Shown here one piece after another: positions 1-9,700 of a stretch of DNA of 40,826 bases. The stretch comes from Saprolegnia diclina VS20 (Eukaryota), in contig NW_008246094.1 in assembly GCF_000281045.1 (NCBI RefSeq), forward strand, positions 21,339 through 62,164. The letters are read 5' to 3'. Under the pieces are notes generated by a model, which saw only the letters and a program-made list of their open reading frames with translations, did not search any database and was not told the DNA's origin. The translations under genes and the position numbers were made by a program. Numbering within the stretch: position 1 is the stretch's first letter; the number at the start of each line of letters is the position of its first letter.

Positions 1-404
1 AAAAAAGCGTGCGAATTGAAACTCAAAAAGTAATTTAAACGAAATTCGATACTGGAATGCGCCCATGCTTCTTGTTGTAATGGTATGAAATCGATAGAGC
101 TTTGTATGATTTCCACGGCCGCTACATTCCTGGTATGCGGGCAGATTGTACGTGGAAAAGCGCGTTGTTGAAAGCAATCTACTCGAAAACTACCCGGTAA
201 TGAAGAAGTATACATAGCTACTGCACTATCGATAAATTAGTGTTAGATGCCGCTGTGGTGCGTCGTTGGTAATAGGGGAGCATCCTTGCGCGCATAGGTA
301 CTGTGGCTGGCTGTTTAGTTTTAGTGTTGATTGTATAAGTTTTTGCAATTAAATGTGTGCATTTGGTATATGGGTCGGTTCGATGATCATGGAAATCATC
401 AAAG

Positions 405-477
405 GTCAGTATCGTCTAGTGGTTAGGACGCAAGCTTCACACGCTTGAGATCGAGGGTTCGATCCCCTCTACTGATA
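405..477 (+). tRNA. tRNA-Val(CAC)
   Basis: Cloverleaf read by hand: acceptor GTCAGTA/TACTGAT (G1:U72), D arm GTCTAGTGGTTAGGAC, anticodon stem CAAGC/GCTTG with loop TT-CAC-AC, T arm GAGGG-TTCGATC-CCCTC, discriminator A; 73 nt, no intron. Confidence 0.95.
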
Positions 478-480
478 TAC

Positions 481-485
481 TTTTT
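481..485 (+). terminator. RNA polymerase III oligo-T terminator of the tRNA gene
   Basis: TTTTT run starting 4 nt after the tRNA discriminator base. Confidence 0.75.
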
Positions 486-744
486 GAACATAAGCGGGCC
501 CATGGTTCCTTGCATTTTTGCCACCACGCCAACGCTCCTTCTATCTTTATGGCTCTCATTTAGCAAAGTGCTTGCAGCAGAGAGCCATGCAATATTTATA
601 CGAAGCCACTTGTTGCAGTTGGATTTAAAATGGGTGTGAAATGTGATAGGTATGGAGAACGCCCGGATGCGATCCGGATAATTCCTCAGAACAGGAAAGA
701 TCACTTCCAGAAAGATCCGACGAACCTGCGGCTACGGTCTTGTG

Positions 745-760
745 GCTCATTTGACAATTC
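745..760 (+). promoter_or_regulatory. Oomycete core promoter element (initiator + flanking promoter region) of the GST gene
   Basis: GCTCATTTGACAATTC fits the oomycete consensus GCTCATTYBNNNWTTY at every position and ends 6 nt before the GST ATG (767). Confidence 0.65.
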
Positions 761-766
761 ACGACG

Positions 767-1393
767 ATGGTCCATCCGACGCTCAAGGTGACGTACTTTG
801 ACATGGCCGGTCGCGCCGAGCTCACGCGCCTCGCGCTCTATGTGGCCGACATCCCGTTTGAGGACGAACGCCTCACCGGCGAGCAGTTTGGCGCGCTCAA
901 GCAGAGCCTTCCGTTCAAGCAACTGCCAACGCTCACGGTCAACGGTAAGGTGCTGGCGCAGTCGCACGCGATGGCGCGCTACGCCGCGAGCCTTGGTGGC
1001 TTGTACCCGGCGGCCGACCCACTAGCAGCCTACCGCGTCGACGAGATCCTCGCCGCGAGCCAAGACGTCTTGAACGCACTCATTGTGGCTGCATTTTCAC
1101 GCGATGCGGCCGCCAAGCCAGCGCTCCTCAAGGAACTCGCCGAGACAAAGCTGCCGACGATGCTGCCGTGTATTGAGGCGCGCCTCACGTCCGGTGGCAA
1201 GTACTTTCTCGGCGACACGCTGACGCTTGCCGACCTCGAGCTCTACTTGATGTGGGGCAACCTTACGTCGGGCAAGTGGGAAGGCGTCCCGACGACCATT
1301 GCGGAAGGCTACAAGCGCTGGAAGGCGCTCGCCGCTGCCGTCGGTGCCCATCCGCGGGTCCAAGCTTGGAATGCTGCGCACCCGGGCCAATAA
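767..1393 (+). CDS. Cytosolic glutathione S-transferase (Tyr-type, sigma-like), 208 aa, intronless
   Basis: N-terminal LKVTYFDMAGRAE (catalytic Tyr), LPFKQLP cis-Pro loop, QSHAMARY glutathione-site motif, C-terminal YFLGDTLTLADL N-cap motif. Confidence 0.93.
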   Translation: MVHPTLKVTYFDMAGRAELTRLALYVADIPFEDERLTGEQFGALKQSLPFKQLPTLTVNGKVLAQSHAMARYAASLGGLYPAADPLAAYRVDEILAASQDVLNALIVAAFSRDAAAKPALLKELAETKLPTMLPCIEARLTSGGKYFLGDTLTLADLELYLMWGNLTSGKWEGVPTTIAEGYKRWKALAAAVGAHPRVQAWNAAHPGQ

Positions 1394-1791
1394 GATGCAT
1401 TATTCTGAGTCCCGCAGCGCACCACGCATTTGTAACTTGAAAAAGCTATGCACTCCGTGCTGCGAAATGCATCAATTGTCTTCGATCAGCCCACCGCGTT
1501 GTACTCGCATGTCCAGAACTGAGTACTACAATAAAATCGACTCGAGCACTTTACCGCCATGTCGTCTGCGCACGATACCACGTAGGTAACCACGCCGTGC
1601 GTAGCTGGTCTGGTTGCTAAAGATGGTACTGCCGTAGTGTCTGTTCTGGACTGAATTTCTTTAATGTAGACGCAACGCTATGAATTACATTCGGCGAGTC
1701 TGCATGTATAATTGCCGAGAATTTTGAGGACAGAATCCTCCAGCTAGACACAAGAGAGACAACCAACGTGTTAAAATGGTGGCTTGCAAAG

Positions 1792-4700
1792 TTACAGCTC
1801 GTCTTCAGAGCCTTCGTCGTCCTCGGAGCTCTCATCACTACTCGAATCGGACGATGATACGGTCGACGGCGGGATGCTGGCCGAGCTGTCAGAGTCGCCC
1901 GTCAGATCGATGGTGGCCACAGCAAGCTTTTTCTGTGCGCGCCGTGGCCGTTTCTGGCGACGAGGACCACATTCACCGCCTTCTTCGTAGTCGGACGCGT
2001 CGTCGGGGCTTGATGCGCTGGCCTCGAGATCGTACATGTCGGAGTTGTAGATGGGCTGCGGCCGAGAGCGCTTTGGTGCACCAATCATTTGTCGCTTTAT
2101 GGCCGTCGGCAATTTGACCCGGACCACGCACGCCATGTCTCTGGGTGGTGACAGCGGCGGGACTTCGGGTGGTGGTGGCGGCGGTGCTTCGTCGGACGAC
2201 GACGACGAAATGCTATTGTAATCGTCACTCGACGCGGCGTACGCTGCACCGATATCAATGCCGGGCGGTGGTAGAAACGGAAGAGGTGGCGGTGGAGGCG
2301 ATAGTGGAGGTGGGTCAACGTCATGATGCGGTCTCGGCAGAGTAAGAAACGAGTTGCCTTCGGGCAAGCTTGCAAATGCACCGTCGAGAGGCAGATCGAC
2401 CCCCCGTGGACTTGGCGACGTCTCACTTGCCAGCGCGACCGCAGCGTCGATCACCGCTGTGCGCACTTCAAGATGACCGTCGTTGGGACTCGGCACGGCT
2501 GCGTCATCGATGGCGTCGAACAGCCCGAGTTGTTCATCGCGGGATGTCGCTTCGTCGACTCGGGGCTCGTGCGACGACGGCAACGGTGGTGCTTCATAGG
2601 CGACTTGGATCGACACAGGCGACACCATGTTGCCGGACACCTCGATGACGACTGACGCATCATCATCATCTTGCTCTTCGACTTGGTTGGGTGGCGGGTT
2701 GGCACGTGCTACGGCGGGTGCAGATGCGTCAAAAGTGGGAAGCGCAGACGTTGGCCCAACATCGAGAGTACAGACTGGTGGTGGCTCGTTGTCGTCGCCG
2801 TCGTCGATCTCGATCGTGTCGTGGTAAGCAGCTAACTCATGACGGACACTATCGCCGTTGTACCGAGCTGCGTCGTCACAGCTGACCGACGCCGCTGTAG
2901 CCAAACGATGTGTGCTCTTGTCGTTCATCGAGGCAGGTCGGACGTTGCCTTGTAGTTCTGGAGCCGCCGACGCTTCGACGAAGCTACCACCGTTGCTCTC
3001 GGGCGCAGAGCGGTCGGCCGTGTTTACGATTGCTATCTCTTCCGATGCACCACTGTCTCTGACTGCGTTGGAGGGCGCCGCGAGCGCTTCTTCATCACCG
3101 TCCGCGTCGCTGACGTCGAGCGCGTCATCACCGTCCGCGTCGCTGACGGCGAGCGCGTCATCGCCTTGAAGCATGTCGGCGGGCGTGCCACCGCCCATCT
3201 TAACGCTCGCGAGCGCGTCGACGCTGGTATCTAGAGTGACCGCGAGCAGCCGCGACGCGCTTTCGGAGTTGACGTCGCGCCCGTTGTCGGAGGCGTCTTG
3301 AAGCAGCTCGTCGTCGTCGTCGTCATCGAGGATTTCAAAGACTTCGACAAACTCGTCGATGCCTTCGTCTTCTTCATCCCCACGTGCGTCGGCCGTCGCA
3401 TTGTCGCCATCCATGTCCACGTCCGCCGACGCGTCACGTCGTACCTCGTCGTCGTCATCGCTATCTTCGATCTCAAAGATCTCGACAAAAACCTCTTCCG
3501 TCTCACTCGCATCGTCTTCACCCACTGCGCTCGTGACGTCCACCGCTTGGTAATGACCACCATCACTCGTGTCCATGCCGACGTCGAGGACGGAGCTGTG
3601 ATTTGGGTCAGGCACGAGAACGTCGACCGCGGCGTCATCCAGCGGCGTCGCTTCGTCATGTTGAGATGAGCGGTCGGTGTTGATTGGGACGTCGAGTAAC
3701 GCCGCTTGGGTACCGGCGGTGTTGGCGTCTTGTGTGAGAGCTCCCGCGCCCTCCGGGTCGACGAAGTCCGAGATCGCTGGTACCACCAGGGTCGGTGTAG
3801 GCTGGTCACCACACGTCACGACTTTGTTGTCCGTGCTACGCACACACAGAGCGTTGTCGGCGGCCACATCAGCCGCGCGGGTATCGTCGTCGATGGTCGC
3901 GACCTCCTTCTCGCCATCCCCAGGCGCGACGACGCCCGCTGAAGCAAGCTCTTGTACGTCAGGAACATCCCCGGTTGCACCATCAGCCACCCTTTTCGGG
4001 TTGGACGTGCAATGAGCGACGTCGATGCAGGTGCTGGACATCTCGATGTTTACGGACGCAGACATTTGTGTCGCGGCTACTTCGTCGTCAAGGGACTCGG
4101 GTGCGTGGATGCCGTCGTGGTGTTGCGGTGTACACATCACGTCGTGAGCAGCTTGCTCTCCAGCGTCCACAGCGACGGCGGACATGGCTGCGCTTTCGGC
4201 GTGCACTTTCTTAAGACCCGCCGTCGAGAGTGCCGCGCTGGGCTCCGCCTCGTCGTTGTCTTTGTTGTGGCCCACGAGGCATGTGACAGCGCTCGTCAAA
4301 GGGACGCGAGGCCGGTCGGGCGTCGCTCTGGTACCTTCGATGAGCTCGCGAACGTAATCGTTGCCAGCGGCGTTTGCTGCCATACCGTCCACCAACGGGT
4401 GCGCGGATACGTGCTCGATGGAGCCGAGATTGCAACCGAGCAGTGGGCCGAGCGACGGTGCGTTGTCGCCGTCCTGGTCGCTTGCCAGATCCATATTCCA
4501 CCCAATGCCATCGTCGTAGTGTTCATCAATGCGGCTGGACGATGTTGATCCGATTGAACTGGTCGGCGAGAGCGGTGTAGCTTGGCACGACTCAGTCTCT
4601 GGGCGCCACGCGTCCCCGTCGTTTGAGGCCGGTGACACGTGCCCGGAAACACCGACGTCGGTGGTCGAGCCCGGCTCCGAGTCGCTGCCGTAGTTGTCCA

Positions 4701-6252
4701 TGACTTCGACCCGCGACATCTTCTGTACGCGCTCCGCCAACGAGCTCCCATGCGGTCGAGATCGTTTGCGCTGCGCGTCGACTGACACGAGCGTCGACGG
4801 AATCGCGTCAGCCAGCAGGTTCATAAGCGCACTCCGTGCTGGCGGTTGGTCATTGTTTGCATTTTGCAGCAGCAAAAGGCTCGCTGGCGACTGGATCTTG
4901 CGCGCAATGTCTAAAATGCCCTTTGGCGCGGCGGCCGGCGGGGGTGCCTTCTTCTCTTCGTTCTCGTCGTCGCTCGAGAAGGCAGCGCCCATCGATGCGA
5001 CGGCATGCGACACGCCATGGCGCACGCTCGGCATCTCCTGTCGGCGCGGCTGTGCCGGTCGTGGTCGTGGTCGCGGCTCGATCGAGACGCGCCGACAGGG
5101 GCAGTAAAAACTCGGGTAGATGCGGCCAGGGCTCACGGCGTACCATTGCCCCGAGGAGAGACCGTGAAACTCAAACGAGACAAGCGTGCCCTCGTGGAAG
5201 AGCCCCGCGAGCGACTCTTCGAATTCGACTTCAATGTCCTTGGCGCCGTCCACGGGCGGCTTGTGCCGACAGACGGTCAGTGCCACGAACCGACCGTCGC
5301 GAGGCATGTCCTGGGCAACGTGCATGTACGAGGTAAAGGACGCGACGACACGGACGCCGGCCGCGCGCTGCGAGAGCGCCATTGCAATCAGTGGGCCAAA
5401 GCTCTCGCGCGTCGCCGCGTCCAGCGCATTTTCGCCGAGGCATGCTGTATAGAGCGCAAGGCGGCCGCGCTCGGTCGTCATGTCCACGTCAAGTGCTTTT
5501 CGCCCGAGGATCGTGTGCCGCATCGTGTTGACACCGCCGGGAAGACGGTGCTTCAAGCAGTGCGAGTCGGCAAGCTCCTTGAGTGCGCAGTTGGCCAATA
5601 GCCGGGGCACTCGGAGCGCATCTTCCGAGAGCCCACGGGCGTCGCCGAGCTCATCGACGTAGCCAGCTGCGATCTTGGCGGCCATCGTAAACACGAGGTG
5701 GATGTGACGGTCATGGTCGGTCGCCCGCGTCGTCTCTTTGAGGAACTTGGACATGGCGCGGACGAGTGGGAACGTGCGCGTGAGGTAGGTCCCCAGCCAC
5801 TCCTCGAGCTTGGCTGCCATGGCATTGGGCGACGGGTCGCCAAGGGAGCTTGCGCCATTGAGAAAGTTGCGGGCCATGTACGCCGCGAGGTACACTTGCT
5901 TCCAGTCGTTGCGATCGTACATGATACGGTCCATGAGCGTCTGTTCCGCTGGCGTCGGTGGCGCGGGCTCAATGTCGCCATACTTGTCGCGTTTTGGCTT
6001 GGCTACGCGCGCATTGTCCGGCGGCGTGTGAGCTCGAGACGGCGGCTTGTGCCCTGGGTCCCGCGGTGTGCATGGCACCTTTCGTTCATGCGCCGGCATC
6101 TTGCGCGCGTGGGCTAGCGACTTGCGCGGATGCGCCTGCGGGCCATAAGACGATGGTTTGCGCGCTTGGGCCGGCGCGCTTCGAGCGCGATCGATCTTCT
6201 TGTGCTTCGGATCGCTGCGGCGCGCTCCGCCACTGCGATCGGACGTTGCCAT
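1792..6252 (-). CDS. 1486-aa intronless protein: N-terminal Arb1-like (Argonaute siRNA chaperone subunit) domain plus long acidic/Pro-rich disordered tail
   Basis: Single long ORF. Residues ~90-385 carry, in order, PPTPAE..MYD, ANCALKEL..LPGGVN..ILG and VEFEESL..LFHEGT..FHGLSSGQWY..IYPSFY, which match my recollection of fungal Arb1 motifs. The rest is low-complexity (D/E/A/S/P) with a basic NLS-like RRQKRPRR near the C-terminus. The CDS is near-certain; the family call is less so. Confidence 0.75.
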   Translation of the reverse strand: MATSDRSGGARRSDPKHKKIDRARSAPAQARKPSSYGPQAHPRKSLAHARKMPAHERKVPCTPRDPGHKPPSRAHTPPDNARVAKPKRDKYGDIEPAPPTPAEQTLMDRIMYDRNDWKQVYLAAYMARNFLNGASSLGDPSPNAMAAKLEEWLGTYLTRTFPLVRAMSKFLKETTRATDHDRHIHLVFTMAAKIAAGYVDELGDARGLSEDALRVPRLLANCALKELADSHCLKHRLPGGVNTMRHTILGRKALDVDMTTERGRLALYTACLGENALDAATRESFGPLIAMALSQRAAGVRVVASFTSYMHVAQDMPRDGRFVALTVCRHKPPVDGAKDIEVEFEESLAGLFHEGTLVSFEFHGLSSGQWYAVSPGRIYPSFYCPCRRVSIEPRPRPRPAQPRRQEMPSVRHGVSHAVASMGAAFSSDDENEEKKAPPPAAAPKGILDIARKIQSPASLLLLQNANNDQPPARSALMNLLADAIPSTLVSVDAQRKRSRPHGSSLAERVQKMSRVEVMDNYGSDSEPGSTTDVGVSGHVSPASNDGDAWRPETESCQATPLSPTSSIGSTSSSRIDEHYDDGIGWNMDLASDQDGDNAPSLGPLLGCNLGSIEHVSAHPLVDGMAANAAGNDYVRELIEGTRATPDRPRVPLTSAVTCLVGHNKDNDEAEPSAALSTAGLKKVHAESAAMSAVAVDAGEQAAHDVMCTPQHHDGIHAPESLDDEVAATQMSASVNIEMSSTCIDVAHCTSNPKRVADGATGDVPDVQELASAGVVAPGDGEKEVATIDDDTRAADVAADNALCVRSTDNKVVTCGDQPTPTLVVPAISDFVDPEGAGALTQDANTAGTQAALLDVPINTDRSSQHDEATPLDDAAVDVLVPDPNHSSVLDVGMDTSDGGHYQAVDVTSAVGEDDASETEEVFVEIFEIEDSDDDDEVRRDASADVDMDGDNATADARGDEEDEGIDEFVEVFEILDDDDDDELLQDASDNGRDVNSESASRLLAVTLDTSVDALASVKMGGGTPADMLQGDDALAVSDADGDDALDVSDADGDEEALAAPSNAVRDSGASEEIAIVNTADRSAPESNGGSFVEASAAPELQGNVRPASMNDKSTHRLATAASVSCDDAARYNGDSVRHELAAYHDTIEIDDGDDNEPPPVCTLDVGPTSALPTFDASAPAVARANPPPNQVEEQDDDDASVVIEVSGNMVSPVSIQVAYEAPPLPSSHEPRVDEATSRDEQLGLFDAIDDAAVPSPNDGHLEVRTAVIDAAVALASETSPSPRGVDLPLDGAFASLPEGNSFLTLPRPHHDVDPPPLSPPPPPLPFLPPPGIDIGAAYAASSDDYNSISSSSSDEAPPPPPPEVPPLSPPRDMACVVRVKLPTAIKRQMIGAPKRSRPQPIYNSDMYDLEASASSPDDASDYEEGGECGPRRQKRPRRAQKKLAVATIDLTGDSDSSASIPPSTVSSSDSSSDESSEDDEGSEDEL
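3081..3165. repeat. 33-bp coding tandem repeat (~2.5 copies; DDAL[A/D]VSDADG)
   Basis: TCATCACCGTCCGCGTCGCTGACG[T/G]CGAGCGCG at 3092 and 3125, with partial flanking copies. Confidence 0.85.
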
Positions 6253-6751
6253 TGATATCCTATTTCGAAGCGGTATCCGGATCCCCGGTCAACTGGAAAG
6301 CCGCTTCACATATATAGTGTTACTTTTAGGCCTGTGGCACATGCATGGCTGCACGCGCCTACGGCAAAAACTCGACCTCGTTTGGTATGATCAAGGGTCA
6401 ATATACAGTTTATTGACCCTTGGTATGATGCAGCGCCGTGTGTATGGCGCCATCATGACGCGCCTCCTTCTTGACGGCGCTTGCGAATGATGCTCGTACT
6501 TGGATGTCGACTTGATTTGACCCTCGATCCGCGTGGAAAGCTGGTAAGATTGACTCGACTCATAGTCGAGTAGGACAACAATAAACTCGTCTTGTGCGTA
6601 AGGAGTCGGTCATCCTCTGTCTGGCAAACGCTCACAGAGACTTTTGTGCGTTGCGGGTCCAAAGATGACGAAATTAGTATAATGCACAAAATAGTGTATC
6701 GGTTGTCGAGACGGCGCAGTTGAAGAGTCGCGGGATCTTAGCCTAGTCGTG

Positions 6752-9700
6752 ATGGACGACATCACGCGCTGGGTCCGCCGGCTCGTGTGCAAAGGCCTTG
6801 ACGTCGACGACGACGTGTACAACCGCGTCTTTGAGGAGACGTCCAAGACCGCCAAGGTACACGCTTCGAGTCCATGCGGGCGAGGCTCATGCCCATGCAG
6901 AAGCCGCCGACCCGCGACTTGTACCGTAAGTTCTTCTCGAGCGAGACGGCTGCGGGCAACGTCCTCTTCTTCTACACGACACAATACGAGATCGACGTGG
7001 AAGGTAGCCAGCATGCGCGCTGCCATGTCTCTCATGCGTCGGCTAGTCGAGGTCGAAGAGGAGGTCGATGCGCCGCCCAAGGCGATCGCCGCCGAGGCGC
7101 CGCGCCCAGGTGCGCCTACTGCATGGACATAGAGCCTCATCAAGTGGTAGAAGAGCCGACAGCAGACGACGCGGCTAGTAGTAGTAGCAGCAACAACAAC
7201 GGCTTGCCTGGTCCCGTGACCGTCGAGCAAGACGAGCGTGACTTGGCCGCGCCTGCCGAGAAGGTCAAGACGATTCGCCGCATCACGACGCGGGTATCCC
7301 TCGACCTATCGATATCATGCATGGCGTATTGATGTGCGCATGTCAGGAAGCCAAGGACATGTGCAACGTAAGCTTGAACGTGCTGCCCGTGCACGACGGC
7401 CCGTGCGTCTTTTTCATCAAGAGCGGCGACGGCCCCGTCGCGCTTCTCTCGAGCGAGGCCGAAGACATTGCGAGCAACATTGAGGTCGGGTGCTCGACAG
7501 GCGACTTGCTGTCAAACCTCGAGGGCGTCATCTGCCACGTGTTCATTCCCGTGCTCGACCCCAAGCTGCTCGCCGAGGGCGGGTACGAGACCGAGCTCAC
7601 CGACGCCCACCACGCGCTCAAGGTTGCTCTCTTTATAGTCTTCCAGGAGCTACAAACGTGTGTAGGTCATTGACGCAGTCCGCAACGAGTTTCGGGGCAA
7701 CCTCGTTAAATTTGCATCGCAAATCTCCAATGCGATGCAGCAGATCCAAGGCGACGTGCACCTCGTGATTCCGCCCGTCTCGATCGACAAGCCGGAAGCC
7801 TGTCTCGACGACTACGAGCTTATCAACACGGTGCCCACCACATGGAAATACCTCGGCTTCTTACCGCCCATGTAGCTCGAGCAAGCACTCGAAGAGTGGT
7901 ACAAGGTCGTCGCGATGGTGGTCGACCAAGAGGCGCGCAAGGCACCAAAGCGCAAGGGTCCGTTGGCCGAAATTGAGTTTTGGCGCGAACGCAACGCGAC
8001 GTTGAGTACGATTTTTGAGCAAATCAACATGCCCCACGTGCAAAAGATGCTCACGCTGCTCGAGCTCGTCGAAGCCGCGATGCTCTCGACGTTCCGGTAT
8101 CATTTCTCCGAGCTCAGCAAGCAGTACATTGAAGCCAAGGACAACGTCAAGTTCCTCACGACGCTCGAGCGCCACTTCAAGAACCTCGCGGTCGGCTCGT
8201 TCGGAACGATCGCGGACACGCTGCCGTCCATGATGAACGCGATCCGCATGGTCTGGATCATCTCGCGCCACTACAACACGGACGAGCGCATGGTGCCGCT
8301 CATGGAGCGCATTGCCTCGGAGATTGCCGACAAGGTCGCCGGCGCCATCAACATTCACACGTTTCTGCGCAAGCCGCCCGAGACGGCGCTGCACGCGATC
8401 GAAGAGGCCAAGATGGTGCTTGATCTGTGGTACACGACGTACATGAAGGTCCGCGAGCGCATTGAAGCGAGCGGGACCGACCATCGATGGGAGTTTGACC
8501 GAAAGCGGCTCTTTGACCAAACCAACTACATGGCCAAGATTTGCGAAAACCTCCAAGAAGTCGCGACCGTGCTGGACCAATTCCACAAATTCCTCGGACC
8601 CGAGCTCAAGAGCGTCACGGGCGACTCGCAAGGCATTGACGACGTCATGGCGCGCGTCGAGAGTCTCATTGCGCCCTTCGAGAACGTTCCGTTTCGCATC
8701 TTTGACCGCGGCTACAAGACGAGCTGGGAGTCGGTCATGGTGCAGTTCCGCGAAAAAGTGGTCGAGATTGAGACCATGACGCGCAAGTTCATCGACACGT
8801 CGTTCCAGAAGCTTCGGTCGGCCGAGGGCGCGTTCGACTTGCTCCAGAACTTTCAAAACATCCAGTCGCGCGACTCGATCAACAAGCAAATGATGGAAAA
8901 GTACAAGGACATTTTGATGCAGTACAGCAAGGAGCTCGAGAAACTCACCGAGCAGTTTGAGCTCAACAAGGCGCGACCGCCGATCTACAAGTCGCACCCG
9001 CCCGTCGCCGGCGCGATTGCGTGGGCCCGGGCGCTCTACCACCGCGCCAAGAAGCCCATCATGCGCTTCCGGGCCATGCACGATTTGCTCAAGTCGCCCC
9101 ACGGCGAAGAAGTCAAGGAGAAATACCTCGTGTTTGCGCGCGCCGTCGACGCCTACATCCGCGGCCTCCATCTCGAGTGGAAGGAAAAGGTGCCGTCCAT
9201 GACCAACGAGCATCTCAAGCAGCCGATCCTGGGGCCGCCGCTCCTTGAGACGAGCAAGATCGAGAACGGGTCGCCTTTGCTCAAGCTGCCGCCGCCGCCG
9301 TTTTACCCCAACTTTGCACCCGAGCTCTCGATGATCATCCGCGAAGCCAAGTACATGGACCGGCTCGGCTTTGACATTCCTGAAGAGGCGCTCAACGTGA
9401 CGCTCCAAGAAGGCAAGTACCACCAGATTGTGCAGGACCTCAAGGGCATGCTCAAGCAGTACGACGCGCTCCTCAAGAGCCTCTCGCCCGTCGAGACGTA
9501 CCTTCTCCGCGGGCAGCTCAAGGACCTCGACGATGCGCTCCGCGTCGGCTTTTACCCGCTCAACTGGAACTCGCAGCGCATTTTTTCGTTCATTGAAGCG
9601 TCGCTGAAAGCGCTCAACCAGTTTGGCAACATTGTCTCGCAAGTCCACAAGAGCGCCAAGATGATCGAAGAGGTCGTCGTCACGATTGAGAACACGATGC

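Noticed and set aside
423..704. 93-aa and 64-aa ORFs overlapping the tRNA
   Set aside because: They overlap a clear tRNA gene and AT-rich spacer, with no coding signature.
7915..7917. ORF-track start of the dynein
   Set aside because: It lies inside the last exon; six upstream exons splice in frame from ATG 6752.
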